Assembly (NCBI GenBank): GCA_964234715.1
Contig: OZ174281.1
Direction: 5' to 3' (one strand)
Origin: Podarcis melisellensis
Lineage: Eukaryota
Length of the DNA stretch: 64,000 nt
This document shows positions 1 through 14,280 of this stretch, piece after piece. The notes under the pieces are model-generated. The model worked only from the letters and a program-made list of their open reading frames with translations, made no database searches and was not told the DNA's origin. A program made the translations under genes and the position numbers. Within the stretch, counting starts at the first letter, position 1; the number at the start of each line of letters is the position of its first letter.

Positions 1-440
1 TTTGTCTTGTTCTATCTTACAAATGTGCTTAAGTAGAAACAGTGAGACAACCTGAAATACAGTACTGCAAAATTTCATTAGAACTCACAAGAATCCTAGC
101 CTTCATTGGGAAAGGTTTCTGACCCTCATGACTTAAAAAAGAAACAGGATGTAATACCATGCTTTCAGAACCTGGCAAAACACAGTAACCCTAAGGTTAA
201 CCATGGTGCAGGTTAACACCAGTAGGGTCAGTGCTTCCCCTTTCACGGGATTAAAAGGCTGGGGGAAGGTAACACACAGAAGACTAGGAAGAGACTGGGA
301 ATGAGCATTCTGGAGCTGGGTCCCCCATGATTCATAGGGAATGATTTGCGCATGCAGTGAAGGCATATAAAGGGGGCTCCCATTGATAATAATATTCAGA
401 TAATTTCACCTTCAAGAATTGATTCCAGCTTTCAGTTGTT

Positions 441-441
<1 letters not shown>

Positions 442-481
<40 letters not shown>
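442..481. repeat. (TAA)n microsatellite
   Basis: About 13 perfect TAA units. Confidence 0.95.
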
Positions 482-482
<1 letters not shown>

Positions 483-2402
483 TAGATTTAGAGTACATGG
501 GGGAAATCAAAATATGAAACTTGGCAACAATCATGATGATACTACATTAATAACATCCATATTCAATAGTTCACTATCTATATCTAACACAGCTCTAACA
601 TTTGACACAGAGGATGGGCTCTTTAAGGACAAGTTGCCCTCACATGTTCTAAAAGCCAACATTTTAGGGCATGCGACTCTTAGCAATCAATGGTTTGTTT
701 GTTTGTTTGTTTGTTTTACTAACTTTCTATACCACACTTCATCTGATGATCACAGGACAGTTCACAATATGAAAACACAAAAATGCATAACATGTATTAT
801 GAAATAGCACCTTAAAATTTATACTTTTATTGCAATCATTATGTGGTCTTCAGCAAGCATGGTAAAGTCTTCAGATACCACAGAACAACATTACAACTGC
901 TAAGTGCAAACACTCCATCAGGAAATTGTATATGAAGCAGGGTAAGAAAGCAGGCAACTTTAAAACCTGTTAGGGTTCTCTCCATATTTACACCCCACTA
1001 TCAAAATACAAGAACAATGGAGAGTAACAGTTACAGGTGTGCAGGTCAGAAATAAAAGCAAAATAAATAAATGAAAGCTATGAAATTAGTGAATGAGGAC
1101 AACTTACTAGAATTCCAAGAAACCGAATTAAGGCTATACTTTTCTTGTAACATGCCCTAAAATCATTATTAAAAAGATGGTGGAGGAGAAGCCACAAAAT
1201 CATTATCTGCTTATCACATGTGATCAAGACAAGCAAAGCCACATTTACCATTCCACTGTTCAAAGCCTTTTCGCCCTAGCAAGTCTTGATCAATATATGG
1301 CATTGCCACAACCCAAAGATGCAGACCCTTGTTGGATTGAAAGCATGGCTGCAGCATGACTACTCAAGCTCAAAGCTAAACAATATATCAAAGACTGAAA
1401 CAATTCTGCTAGACATTCCTGCCAGCTAGTCTTTGTTTCAGCAGCAGATCAATGTCCCAAGGTGCCAAAGAATGCACATCAAATAGAGCTACATGCAGGT
1501 TCACTTGTCCCTCATCTCAACTTGTTGCTTGAAACCTTGGAAAGAGAGGTCTATAATCTACATAACAAGACAACCACCCTACTTTCTGTACCAAAATAAA
1601 ATGTAACATTTCAATATTACAAGGTTCCAAGTAACACAAATGGGTTAAGGTTATCCTGTACTGTATTGTTCCAGTACAGTACATTATAAAGAGGCTCCAT
1701 TTCTCTGTAAGACATTATCTTGCTGTCTACCCTCCTCTGGTTCTAACCATTTGTGTGATGATTTTTACCATGCAAATGATGTCCCAGATTTTAGTTGTCC
1801 ATTCTCTCTTAGATGGGGTTCTCTCCCCTATGCCCCTCCCCCACTTTGACAAATAATAAAGTACAGGTAAAGTAAAGGTAAAGTGTATTTCATTATTACT
1901 TCGATTTTCACAGATCAACTTTTCAAATAAAGGTGTGAATTTGTGATTCACACAGTATTTATTATATTATTTATATATTCATTTGCAGACTGCCCTTCAT
2001 CTAATTAGGATCAAAAGCGATGTTCACATTACAGTAAAAAAGCACTACACATAAAGCTCTTAACCAGTAAAGTTCAGATGGAAACAGCAATTGGCAACTA
2101 ATGTCAAAATAGCTCTGTAATTTACTGAAGTCCATTCTATAGATTTGAATATTTAGAGAGCTAAAGAATGGGGTTTTTTTAAAATAATAATAATAATAAT
2201 AATGTGTATCCTTTAAAATGAATAACATCATGTAAAAAACACCGTAACACAGGCAAAAATACAAATATATGTGTTTGATACAGAGAAAGCTTTTATTCTT
2301 CTTCATTATTATTTACAGTATTTCTACACAGCTTTTCAGGCAGACCACTGATACAATGTTATTGATAAAATACCAGTTTTTTTAAAAAAAGTTGCATCTT
2401 AC

Positions 2403-2530
2403 CTGAACATAGTTGTTCAACTTTTGTGTAGTTTAAAGCTACTATATCGTTCACCCATGCAATGATGTCATGTCTGCTCATAGTCTCTTGGGTTATAGAG
2501 GTAGAATACACGTTGACCGCCATTCCCCAA
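2403..2530 (-). CDS. MAPRE2: MAPRE2/EB2 coding exon 2 (128 bp; start of the calponin-homology domain)
   Basis: Minus strand reads ttttgcag|T TGG GGA ATG GCG GTC AAC ... TGT TCA G|gtaag and translates as (S)[42 protein letters not shown](G), near-identical to vertebrate EB2. Canonical AG/GT sites, phase 2 in and phase 1 out. Not listed in the ORF track. Later exons lie outside the window (below position 1). Confidence 0.97.
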
Positions 2531-5055
2531 CTGCAAAATCAAATAAGCAGATATATAAGATTGGTTATAATTCTTATGAGGCGCATGTTATCAACAATGT
2601 AATTCTCCCCTTACAATCTTCATGTCATAGAGGTCCTCTTAAGAGCTCCAAGCTCAACTTTGTTATTATTGAAACAGCATACAAATATAAAATCAAATCA
2701 TATTTGAAAAACATTGTAAAGATTCTAGTTAGCACATCCTGAAACACTTTAAAGAAAATTAGCATTTAGGGTATATATTACGCCTCTAGGCACGTATCTC
2801 TTGGAAAGGCTAAGTCACTGCATCACATAAAATTGCAACAAGACTCATCTAATCAAAAGTGAGCCAGCCCTCTCTTAAGAAGGCTTTATCAGGAAGCTGA
2901 AATACATGTGTCAACCCCAGCCCCAATTTTTCACAAGAAAATGAGGGGTTGCATCTTTTTGTAATTGGTGTTTGACCAGAGACAGTATTTCAACACATTC
3001 TTATCCTGAACTCTCTCCCAAAAAAACAACATTTAATAGGTGTAGCATGCATTTCTTACTGTGCATATGGGTTTTTAACAGCATTCAGATTTTTATCTTA
3101 TACTGGGACTTATCACCTGTATCAGCTGGTTTGGTAAATTATCTGTTTTACTTGGGAAATGGACTTACAGATTTATTAGGATGTGCTTATATTTTGAAAT
3201 TCTGAAAGCTTTCGTAAACTTAGGAGTGAGTTGACAAGCACCACTGAAAAGTATGTAAATATAGCGCATTAAAAATGTGTAGATGAGCTTTCTTGTCGTA
3301 GCACAATTTTTTTTTAAAGGATGCTATGAATGGTGGCTACATGGTAGCATTTGCTTTTTGCTCCAGGAGAACTCTGTATCAGGATTACATAGTGGTATCA
3401 GAAACAAGGCTATGAGAACACAAAATGCCCAAACGATGCTTCAGGGGTGGGGACATTTTTTTAGCCCTTTTTTTTTTTTGTAGGCAACCTCTCGGAGCCA
3501 GGTGCCAGTGGTGGGCAAAGCAATGGATGTGCCAATAGGCTATGCAAAAGACAGAGGTGTCTGCATTCTCCCTTGCCTCCATTTACACATCTCTGCATCC
3601 TCCTCCTAGACAAACAGGAGCCATTATAATAGTTCCAGGACAGAGTTCAAGAACAGTTGAAGGAAGATGTGACACAGGACTGGTGATGAGGATTGTTGGA
3701 GTTGAGGGTTGGGGGTAGTCCTGAGGGCTGAACACAGAGGACTGGAGTATTTCCCACCCTGTTCTAGTCCTTGGCAAGGATGGGGGGAAATCACATGTGA
3801 CAAGTAGTATCTATGGACATAGTCAAACTGATGCTTTGCATACTTGAGACAGAAAAGAATTTGGCTCTTCGGATATTCTTCATGTCATCAATTCCTCAGC
3901 AGACCAGCCTTTGGCCTTCAACTTACTCAAAGCAGACCCATTTAAATCAATGTACATGACTAAGTTACCAGTAGGCCCATTAATTTCAATAGGCCTACTA
4001 GGAGGGAAAATCAGTTGAATACTGCCCTGTGCTAAATAATGCATATCCAGCAACAAATGATTGATTTAGCAAACCAGAGATTTAAAAAAATAAAATAAAT
4101 AAAAGATAATGCATTTGAACTGAGCTAGAAACAACTAACAAGATTTTACATCATGTTTATATTACTTTTATTAGAACACGTGTTCTGCGCAGTCTTGCAC
4201 ACACATTACTGGCAACTGATTAATATTTTATTTACCACAGGAAAATGCAGTGATTCTGCCTATGGGGCAAGGCCCCGTGAAGCAGAGTTAGTAGCCTGAA
4301 TAAAGAGAATGAAAACATTAAATATATGTGTATGGATAATGTAAGCTGTTAAAGCACCTTTTGCAAAAACATGTGCACATGTGTGCGGGCACCCCCCCCC
4401 CCCCACAGACAAGGTTTACTGGAAGAAATGGTCAGGTTTTTTTTAAAAATAAATGCTGCTTACAATTAAGCAACATATTCATATTCTGACACCACCACTA
4501 TGCTCCATTAATGAGCTTGAGCTAAACTGGCTCAAGGCTAATATCAGATTGCCTGCCTGTCACTCTTCTTTCTTCCTCTAACACTCTTGCCATTTCCTTT
4601 TTCAGCAGCTTTGATCTGGGTGGGCTTTTCGGATGGTCTGGGTTAACACCAGGGGAAAAACTGGGTCATCTCAGCTCACTCTGTGTCCCACCCCCCCATT
4701 CACAGCTCAGCTGAGTCTCAACCTTTTAGCCTGACATATTACAAGCATCATTCATCCTGGAAAGTGGAGGAGAGAATGAGAAAGAATTTACATTTCAATC
4801 CCCTGACTGCCCTCAAGATTACTGCCTTCTGTGTTTTACGTTCTGTACATACCAGTTTCTTCAAGTTGTTTTGTGACAAGAGCTAAAGGGATTTCTGCAA
4901 CTGCATAGGGTGACAAGATACAGTCTGAGTAGCTGCCGGTTTCTCACAACTTGTGGGGGTCTTGTAATAAGATATATTTTATTTCCATAGGTTGACATGA
5001 CTAAGGCCATGTTCACATGACTGCTGACTCTACATCCAGTGTGCTCCCCAATGTT

Positions 5056-5543
5056 GGTTTTTTTAGGGGTAGACTCGTTTTTATTTTACTTTCCAGAACA
5101 GCACCGTTCTCATTTTTGTTTCCAAAAGAGGGATTACAAAAAAAGAGAAAGATATTCGGACCCAGGTGTCGCAGGAAAAAAGAGCAACTGGCCAAGCGCT
5201 TCCAAAGGCTGTTGCCTCAAGGCTGGGACGCTTCGACCTTCCCAAGGAATTGCCAAGGTGAAACTGTTCCTCTGACAAAAGAGATGTGTGGGTCGGGCCT
5301 GCGTCACTGCTCCTTGACAAACTGCCCATGGAGAAGGTAAGGAGACCGGAAGTTATGCTGGCAGTTTGAATAAGCCATTCCTAAACCCATTCCTGACTCA
5401 AGAGTGATGGGCCACATCTTCCTTTTGAAGATGATGACCGAGAAGACAACACCCAACCCAAAGCCAGCACCCAGCTTGATGGTGGAGTCGGCCAAGCACC
5501 GGTCCCACTTCCTGGTCAAATCACCCTCCGACGCCATCTTCTC
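5056..5543 (-). pseudogene. MICOS10: Processed retrocopy of MICOS10 (MIC10/MINOS1); open 77-aa ORF at 5304-5537
   Basis: Intronless [80 protein letters not shown] matches MIC10. It has a ~240-nt 3'UTR, AATAAA (5080-5085), an A7 tail (5058-5064) and a perfect 16-bp TSD TGTGCTCCCCAATGTT at 5040-5055 and 5544-5559. Confidence 0.93.
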
Positions 5544-5979
5544 TGTGCTCCCCAATGTTAATTTTGGAAGCAGCCTTCACACATTAGCCACAATCCATAC
5601 TGATCCTGCAGTCTGACAAATACTGCTGTTTGATGCATTTATTTCTCAAACCAGCTTCAATTTGATTAGAATACTGGATGCAGAGCACAGATGACAAGCT
5701 TAATGAACAGGAGTTCCCAGAGGGCTCCAGAGGTGGGGGAACCAAAAAGATAATGCATATCAGGTGAAGACATCCCTGCTCCATCTCTGATATGAACAAT
5801 GTGGCTTGAAACAAACAGGGGTGGGGGAATGAGCTCACTGTGTTTCAAGCTACTAATGTGAACATACCCTCCTAAGGCTCAGCTGATTGCTGCCATGTTC
5901 TCTGGCCTTAATGCCCACTGTCTCAAAGGGAAATAAGGGAGGAGACAAGACAGAGAGCTATCCTCCGCACTGTGCAACC

Positions 5980-6699
5980 TGTCAGGCCAGAGGACATGGC
6001 TTTACCCAGCTCCTCAGATTCTGAGAATACCCTCCTTTCAATGGTCTCCTCACTACCACCATGCCATAGGAACCAGCACAATTGAGCAATGGTCTTTTAA
6101 GAAACTGACTGCTCTTCATAAGGGCAGGGTTAACAGCAGCTCCAGACCAGCAAACCTTCATAAGGCCTAAGCATGTCAATGAGATAACAGTTGTATGAGT
6201 TCCAGCCAGCATCTGTCATAGCCCATGATCTTGACAGATCATGCTCTGCACTGCCTATCATGATCCTACATAGGGAAAGGCCAAGGCAGCCTATCCAACA
6301 ACAGCCTGCTCCTCCTGTAAGAGCTGCAGCTTCAGCTCAGCCTCCCTTGTAAGACTTGAACCAAGCTAGGGCAGGCTTACCACCCTGCCTTTGAGAACCA
6401 CGCTGGGACAGGGTATATTACTGGTCAGGGCTTCTTTGATATCTTCACTGTATCTGGGAACCCATAAGAAAATGAGACATAAGGCTGTTATGGGTTTCCA
6501 GGTTTTCATGCCACTGGGCATTAGTCACCTCAAATAACTCTGCTGACAGTCCTGTCTGGTTGACTTTGTTGGAGTGTAGTTCTTCTGCACTGGACCGTTT
6601 CCTGTCTGAGTTATATTTACATTACAGAAACATAAAGTAGTGGCCAAAGTTCAAATTTGTCCTTTGTCTCCTATTTCTTTCCTGGGTCCTGGACCAACA
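5980..6699 (+). mobile_element. Possible old solo LTR
   Basis: TGTCA...AACA termini about 720 bp apart and an LTR-like 3' end (CATAAAGTAGTGGCC followed by a T-rich stretch). The flanks GCAACC/GCAAGT match only partly. Confidence 0.35.
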
Positions 6700-7919
6700 G
6701 CAAGTGAACTGGGTTGGTACAGGGAATCAGGTTCAAACAGGAGACCCAGATTCAAAAGCTAGTTTAGTCATGGAGTTCATGGGTTACCTTTCACAAGTCC
6801 AAATCTAAATCTTATTGCTCAGGCTATTTGCACAGACAGGCAATAAAAACAAGATAGGTACACAAAAACAAATTGATCTATACTAAGGTATGATTAAAAG
6901 TTATAATACCCTAGTCTTTTTGTGGATGAAAAGTATATGCATGTACATATACTATATTGCAACTCAACCTAATCCATTGCATAAGAAGTCTAAAATAAGG
7001 TTGTAATTTGAGACATATTAGATTTGTTGTTCAAGTTTTTTTAAAAAATCATCTAAAAGATTTATATACCATCCTGTCAGGGAACTGCCATCGGAACCAG
7101 AGGCGGAGGGAAGGCTCTGGAGGGATGCCGGAGAGGGTCCCAGTAGGGAGAGAGGCAGCCCATCTGCTGGGGAAGGAAATCAGTGTAACACCAGTGGAGA
7201 AGGGGGGCAGATGGGGGAATCGGGTACTCCACGGGTACTCCGCTGCCCACACCCTCCCTGCGCAGAAGACTTCCGTGCAGGGAGAGTAGGAGGAGACTTG
7301 GCGTCAAAGAACTTCTTTGCTGGAAGAAGTTCAAGAAACGCCCACTTAGTATTTTATGACGAAAGGGGGGGGGGACAAAAATTCAAAATAAAAAGGTGTA
7401 TCCAAAAGGAGGGTGGATGATACAGGAGAAGTTACTCTCAATACACAAATGATTGTTTGAAGAAGCTGGATGGAAATGCCACTGCTTTTAGTGAGGGGCT
7501 TCACTTTTTTTCTTTTTCAAGAAAAGGAAGCTGCAAAATAGGAAGACAGGTCAGGATGCTGTCTGGTAAGAAAAACTGGAATTCTCAGACAACCACGATG
7601 AAGGATGAAGCATGATTGTAGATAACATTGGCCAAGGGGGAGAAAGTCCCTGAACCTTTACTCAATGTTTCTCCAGTAGTTTCCTCTCTTCCTAATAAAA
7701 TGGCATGTTTAGAGGTCACCAGCTCTAGCTAGGGACTTTAAGCTGGAAAATAAACACTCTTGGTTCAGCAACTGAAGCTTTGTTCCTTCTACTGCCTTTG
7801 CAAGCCGAGGATTTCAACAACTATGGACTGTAATAGCAAGATTTCAGAGGAAGAAGTCACCTAAAAGGAGAATACTCACCTGAAATATGATTATAAATTT
7901 TCCAGGCTGTATAACCTGC

Positions 7920-8400
7920 ATGCTACCAATCTGCTATCAAGTCAAGTTCCAGGTGCTGGTACAAATATTTATGATCTCATACATTTCAGGACCAGGCTAT
8001 TTGAATGATCATCTTGTTCCTTATATACACAGTCAATGGCTGCAGTCTGTGAGAGCTTCTAATGAATGTCTCAAAGATCTCAGAAGCAACTAGGAGCAGG
8101 GCTTTTAGTGTGGTTCTACCAGTTCTGTGGAATGGCATTCCTGTAGAGATATGACAGGTGCCAACGATCTATACTTTCCGGAAACAACTGAAGACATTTT
8201 TGTTTCAAAAGGCTTTCCCAGCTGGAAAAATAGGTCTTTGCCATGAGTATCTATTTTGTATGGTGCCAGTTTAGCTTTAAATGAATTTACGGTTGTATTG
8301 TATTTTAAACTTTTTTTTTATCGATTGTATTGAACAGTGCCTTAAGATGGTTGTATAGACGGTGGTTAATAAATTAACAATAACAGATAATAAAATAAAG
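7920..8400 (+). mobile_element. L2 LINE 3' remnant
   Basis: Decayed translation LPICYQVKFQVLV...GPGYL, then RAFSVV..LWN, resembles the L2 ORF2 C-terminus. Ends in an AAT-rich tail. Confidence 0.7.
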
Positions 8401-10386
8401 TTCTACAGAGTCAGAGAGCTAGTATTCGTACAGTTTGAATAAAGGAAAGTTAGAACCGGCAGTATTTTATTTTTTGCTGCTTGTTCACTTTGACAGGTGT
8501 CACACAGTATAAAGAAAGGGAGAGCTGGATTAGCAGATCAAAGCTGTTGCTCAGCAAGGGGAAATGAGGGGGGATAGTCTTAGATATCAGTGCTAATGAA
8601 CAGGTACCCCTTCCTTTTAAGGTTCTCTGGCTTAGAATATGTGCTTACACTCTGAACAACTCTATTCATGATGCATTCCCAAAGTTAATAGTTCTTAACT
8701 TTAGACAGACTACTAATACATCCAAGGGAATACTTGCAGACAGAAGACAGAAGCATAGATAGAAGTAGAGAAAGGAAGACATTTCCTGGAAGTGCAAAAG
8801 AAAATCAATAAACCTAAGCATTTTGAACTTTATAGTCTATCCATCCTTGGTTCCAACTTTGAACAATATAGGGATTGCGGGTGCATTTTTAGAACAGAAA
8901 CCTCAACACCATGCTGTATTCTCAAATTGGTTCCAAAAGTTTATTAGCAACTTTAACAAGTTCAGAGGGACCCAATCATCTTTTCCAAGGCTGCATACTA
9001 ATGACCACATAATGCAATTAGTTAACCCTTAACTTGAGCAATTTAACTGTACCCACATGAGGACAGTAGACAGACTTCCTCCACCCTTTCAGTCTAGTGC
9101 AGGAGTGGGGAGCAGAAAAAAAATGATGTTTGCTATGGTTATATGAACCTGCTTAGGATTGGGGCATTAGCCATGTTTAAAAGTTGAAATTGAAAACGAT
9201 AAAAGCTAAAGTGATTTTATTGCTTCAAACACCATCAATTGTAAAGTCTACTTCTATGCTAATTTTATTTTTGTAGGTTTTGTTTGCCATAATATGCAAT
9301 TATGAATATTTTGACAAAAGCAAGCTTGCAATTGGGCCTTGCAACCTAAATAAGACATTCTTCTAAGCAGCCTGCCACTACTAAAGGATTTCCGATAAAT
9401 GCTACGTCCTTAATCCTCCTCTCACTGATTAATGTTTACATTTCCTTGTGATGAAGAGAAGTATTTTCAAAAGTGAAGTAGGAAAAAGAAATCCTACTAC
9501 ATCCCGTTCCCACTAAGAATGCTAGACATTACATGCGAGAACATTAAATGGGTCAAGGGCAATCATTCAAAAGCCAAATTTTATTTAGGATTCCACACGC
9601 TTTGTGTTCTGATGAATATATTAAACACTGCCCAAAAGTACTCTTATACATCACCAGACCCATATGTGTCTACTCAAGTCCTAATGAGTTCAATACTGTT
9701 TTCTCCCAGGTAAGTGCACATAGAACTGCAACCTTTAGCAAACAAATTGAACTGAAACCATCGCAGTTACTGGAGTAGGCGGACGTAGCATTCAAAGGTG
9801 CAGTGAAAATAGTTTAGACACCAGCCACTGAAGTGGACAGAATACAACAGGCAATCCATAGGTCATCACATGTATCAGCAGAGCACACAAAAGCCCGTTC
9901 CACCCTCTTTTCCAGCCCCTTCTGGGTTGCAGCAATGTGCATGTGTGCAGTTGGCCACCAATTGAAAGTGTGTAAATCGTTCATTGCATGTAGTTTGCTT
10001 CTGCCAGACTAAAAAGCTGTTCTCAGAAATTTAGAAGTTCTTAATTTTGAGGTCAGTTTTGCATGCCCCTCTTTGATGTATGTATATTCTTATTACTAAG
10101 AATGGGTGATAGATCTCCTTCCTAATTATTCATATTATGTCATCAGTTCCATATTCTCTAGAAGAGAATGAGAAAGCTGACAATGGATTGGAAAACCCAA
10201 CTCTGGAAGAAGAAGAAGAAGAAGAAATAGCAAGGTATATTTCTCTGTTCTGGATGGTGGTCACACTCAGCCAGAAGGAGCAGATTTGTAGCCTGGAGGT
10301 CTGGCAATGATTCTGGCTAGGAAAACCTTTAATCAGCAAAAGCCAATGAGCTGACTGAAACCCTTTATTTGATGAAAGGGACTTGG

Positions 10387-10388
<2 letters not shown>

Positions 10389-10440
<52 letters not shown>
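10389..10440. repeat. (AT)n(AC)n microsatellite next to a hAT-type MITE remnant (to ~10540)
   Basis: About 20 AT units then AC units. The following CCCATCACTCCTGACCACTGG...GCTGATGGGA...GTCCAACAACATCTGGAG family recurs near 33550, 36550, 37290, 44370 and 61800. Confidence 0.85.
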
Positions 10441-13400
10441 ACCCCCCCATCACTCCTGACCACTGGCTATACTGGCTGGGGCTGATGGGATCTGAAGTCC
10501 AACAACATCTGGAGGATCACAGGTTCTCCGTTCTTGGTCTAGAAACTTCCATTTATGAAACATCCCACTTTCCTATCTCATAACAGAAATGGGCTATGGA
10601 GAAAATATGAGACTAAGTCTTATTCAGTAGTCAACTTTTACAGTGTCAAGAATTGCATTCCAAGCATTTCACAAAAGCCACAATTAAATATGTTTTATTC
10701 CTATTGACACAATTAAAAGTAATTGTGTGAAAGTCTCATCTCATTTGAATAAGCAAATGAAATCACTAGTACATCTGGCATTGCTAAAAATACAGAAATC
10801 CCCATTAATACACTTGAAATAATATTAGATAGGAAGGTAGATATGGGGTTCCTATTTGTATTCTGGCTACAGCACTTTAAAAAGTACACTGCTCTTGTGT
10901 ATCCCAAAATAGTTGCAATCATGAAGACTGGTCATTTTTCAGTATTTTTAAATAAAAACTGGATTTGGCGCCACAAGCCTATACTGTAAACTGCAAAACA
11001 AAGGAAACGCAAAGCAGCGGAACTGCCTTGGGACTGAACCAAATGTTCCTCTGTCCAGGGTTTCCAGCATCCTCATCTGCAAATCCCCCTTTCAAAATCC
11101 AACCAAATATAACAGTGCAGCAGACCCTTTGACCTCCATATATTCTTATTTTTAAAAGGTTTTCTTATTACATCGCCAATGAATTAAATTTATTCAAATA
11201 TCTGTCAACCAAAGCGGCAGATTAGCTGCGATAGTAAGGCCTAATATGTAGCCTTCTATTGCAGTAAAGACTTTTTTATGCAGGAATCTAGGTGATCCAG
11301 ATTGTTAACACACACTCTGTCTTAGTCTAAAAACAACTGTAGAATCGCAGCTGGGATTTAACCCCGGCTGCACAGAAGGTTTGGTATCCATAACAGCTAT
11401 GCAGACAGGCTGAAAACCAATGCCAAATTGTTACATTCGTATCCTGTTCTTCTCTCCAAGGAACTAGCAGAAGCATTTATTTTCACAACAATAGTTAGGT
11501 ATGGGTAAGCCAAGAGAATGTACTTGCTCAAAAAGCAACAGAGCAATCTTCATAAATAAATGGAAACGTGTATCCGAGTTGCCTTAATCTGACTGTGCCA
11601 AACTTACTTGTTAAATAACATTTCTCACCTACATCATAGGATTGAGAACCTATGGTAAACACAGGGTGATGCAGGCAAACCAGTGCTTAGCTGTACTACA
11701 TTTTAATGCATATTAAAAAGCAGAGGCATGACCTGACCCCGATTCTGCAACAGCAGCAGTAATATGTGCTCTTGTGGAGAAACGTGTGCCTGTAATTATG
11801 CTATATTTCCCATAATAGTAGGCATTATATGGTGTGGGCTTGCTATTCTCAGCTGTGGCCTGTCCTAAGCTGGAATGCAATGTAAAGCTAACTCCCGAGT
11901 CCCATAGCAGACGGTGAGTGTGGTGATTGTATAGCACAGCAGCACCCAGGCTGTATCACGCTGTACGATAGATTACCAGTATGTTCCAAGTAGCCACATC
12001 TAAATTTCCAATCATTTTACATGAGTCCCAAATCCTCAAGGAAAACTTCCATGCATCTAATGAAGGATTCAGATCTTAACACTTCAAAACATCCATCAAA
12101 CTGGGGACTTGAAAACAGTGGTCCCAGAACTGGCCTCAAAGAGAGGTGCTGTCTTGTCTCATTTGTGCAGAGTTCTTCACATTGCTCCCTGCAACTGCAA
12201 CAGAACTAGGAAGAGTGGGTTTATGCCAAGAACAAATAATGGCTTGGTTTACTGGCCAGTCAAATTTATGGGCTCATTAAGACATCCTTTGTCCACCATC
12301 TCTGGTCAAGGTGGAGACTAAGTTGAAGAGTAGTTGCCTCATTAAACGCAATCCATTTTTCAGTTAGCACTTCTATTTTGCAGGACCCACAGGAAGCAGG
12401 CAGTTGATTATAAGGAAGGAGCTGTTTCTGAATGCAGGATTAAGACACCAGAAATGTGTTGATGAAAATGTATCGTTCAGTTACTGGCAAATATAAATAG
12501 AACTCACAAACCCATTTTGTTAGTACACAGCTTTAGAAAATACATTAACTGGGTGATTGCTATGAAGAATAAGACTGAAATACTTTGCCTTTGCAGACTT
12601 CTTTTGTCTATTTCTGCACTTCCTGATGAGTTTTCACCTCATTTTACACCAGTGTTATTTGCTACAATGCCAGTAACAAAGAATGGCAACCAATTCTGGA
12701 AAGTTCTGGGCACTTATCTCTATAAGTAAGAGCTCTTAGGCTGAATTCAGACAAACCTCAAGCCATAGTTGTGATAAATTAGGGGAAGCTCCATATGCCT
12801 GCATGCTCCTCTTCTCCTTTCTTGTGCAGTGTTCCTGTTAACCATAATTTGCTGTAGTGTCTAAATAGGTGTATGTCACTCCAAAACAAGAGTGTCCCTG
12901 ATTCTTAGTCATAGCTTGCCAGTTCATATAACCATAGCAAACGTGTCACGGACAGGGCATGGAAAAAGAAGCCACACTCAAGAGGGGTGGGGGAAAGACC
13001 ATGCAAGCTCATAACGAGTAGTTAACTCCTGGAGAAGAGATTACCAACCCTTTTGGGCCCATGAGTACATTTGGAACTGTCAAAGTGCCATGGGTACTAT
13101 CCTTTCTGGTTGCTTCTCTCCTCAATTCCCCAGCTCAACCATGTTCCCCAACAGGCAGAAAGAGAAAAAGCATGCACTCATGCACACATTTGCTTTTCCA
13201 AGGGGTTTGGGTCAAAGTTAGGCTCTGTAGTATAAAAACAGATCCTCCTGAATTTGCCTGACAGGGTCTACCAATAGCAGCATCAAATAAAAGCTTATTT
13301 TGGTAGAGTGCACATTAAAAATCACAGATTTGGTGCTTGCTAGATCCAAGGCATGGATCCTCATGAGTTTTACACAAGATGGCAATACCACCAGGAAATC

Positions 13401-14089
13401 ATGGAACAAATCTGTGTACACAGAGGTGATCTATGATTTGATGGCTGTTCTAGAAGGGATTCCTTCTAGAAATATACAAGGAATAGATAAAATATAGAAG
13501 AATCCATGCCTTGGATTCTCAACCAAAACAGTACCAGGTTTTGGATTCTCCCCTTTCAGTCAATGGAGACAGGTGTGTCTGTGTACAAATTCACACTTAC
13601 ATACATCTCTTCCCTCTCTCTGGCACTCCATTTTCTCTTCACCCCTCAACTCCTGTGTCAATCAGATTTCTTCATGATGCCTCCCTACATTGCTATCCTG
13701 CCCCACAATCGACCAGATATCTCCCTGTCACCTCAGTCACTACACTGCCTGTTCAGCTGCTATGTGTTTTGAGAAACACACAGAGCTGAAAAAAGGAAAG
13801 GAAAAGAAAGTCGTTCTCTCCCATTTCCTCCTTCAGCTTTCTGTACTTTCCAAAAAGGGGAGGGGCAGATAGCACCCTTGACACCACATGACAGTGAAGC
13901 AGGGAGAGAGGGCTCAGAAGACTCATGGCCACCTGAGGAAGTCTGCAAGGGTGTCACTGTACCCATGGATATAACCTTTGAGGCCACAGATCACCTGGAT
14001 TGAGCCTTAATAATGTCCTTGCGTGCATACTTTGAAAGGAAAACAACTTCAAAATTAAGCTTCTTATGTTATCTTCTTACTAACCGCAA

Positions 14090-14280
14090 TGGCTACGCTC
14101 TGTGTCTACTGTTGGATATATGTCTCTGAATACCAGTTTTGGGGAAACTGCAGAATGGGAAAATGTTGCTGCACTCAGGTTCTGCTTGTGGGCTTCCCAT
14201 GGGCATCTGCTTGACCACTGTGAGGACAGAATGCTGGCCTAGATGGGCTTTTGGCTTGATCCAAAAGGCCTGTTCTAACA
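14090..14280 (+). mobile_element. CR1-type LINE 3' end remnant
   Basis: GCATCTGCTTGACCACTGTGAGGACAGAATGCTGGCCTAGATGGGC...TGATCC resembles the squamate CR1 3'UTR as I recall it. Confidence 0.55.

Noticed and set aside
5538-5555. N-terminal extension MGSTEK of the MICOS10 ORF in the ORF track
   Set aside because: It starts at a TTG inside the TSD; the real start is the ATG at 5537.
7075-7360. GC-rich segment starting TGTCAGGGA with several overlapping ORFs
   Set aside because: Probably an LTR or other repeat fragment; no matching end, TSD or recognisable protein.
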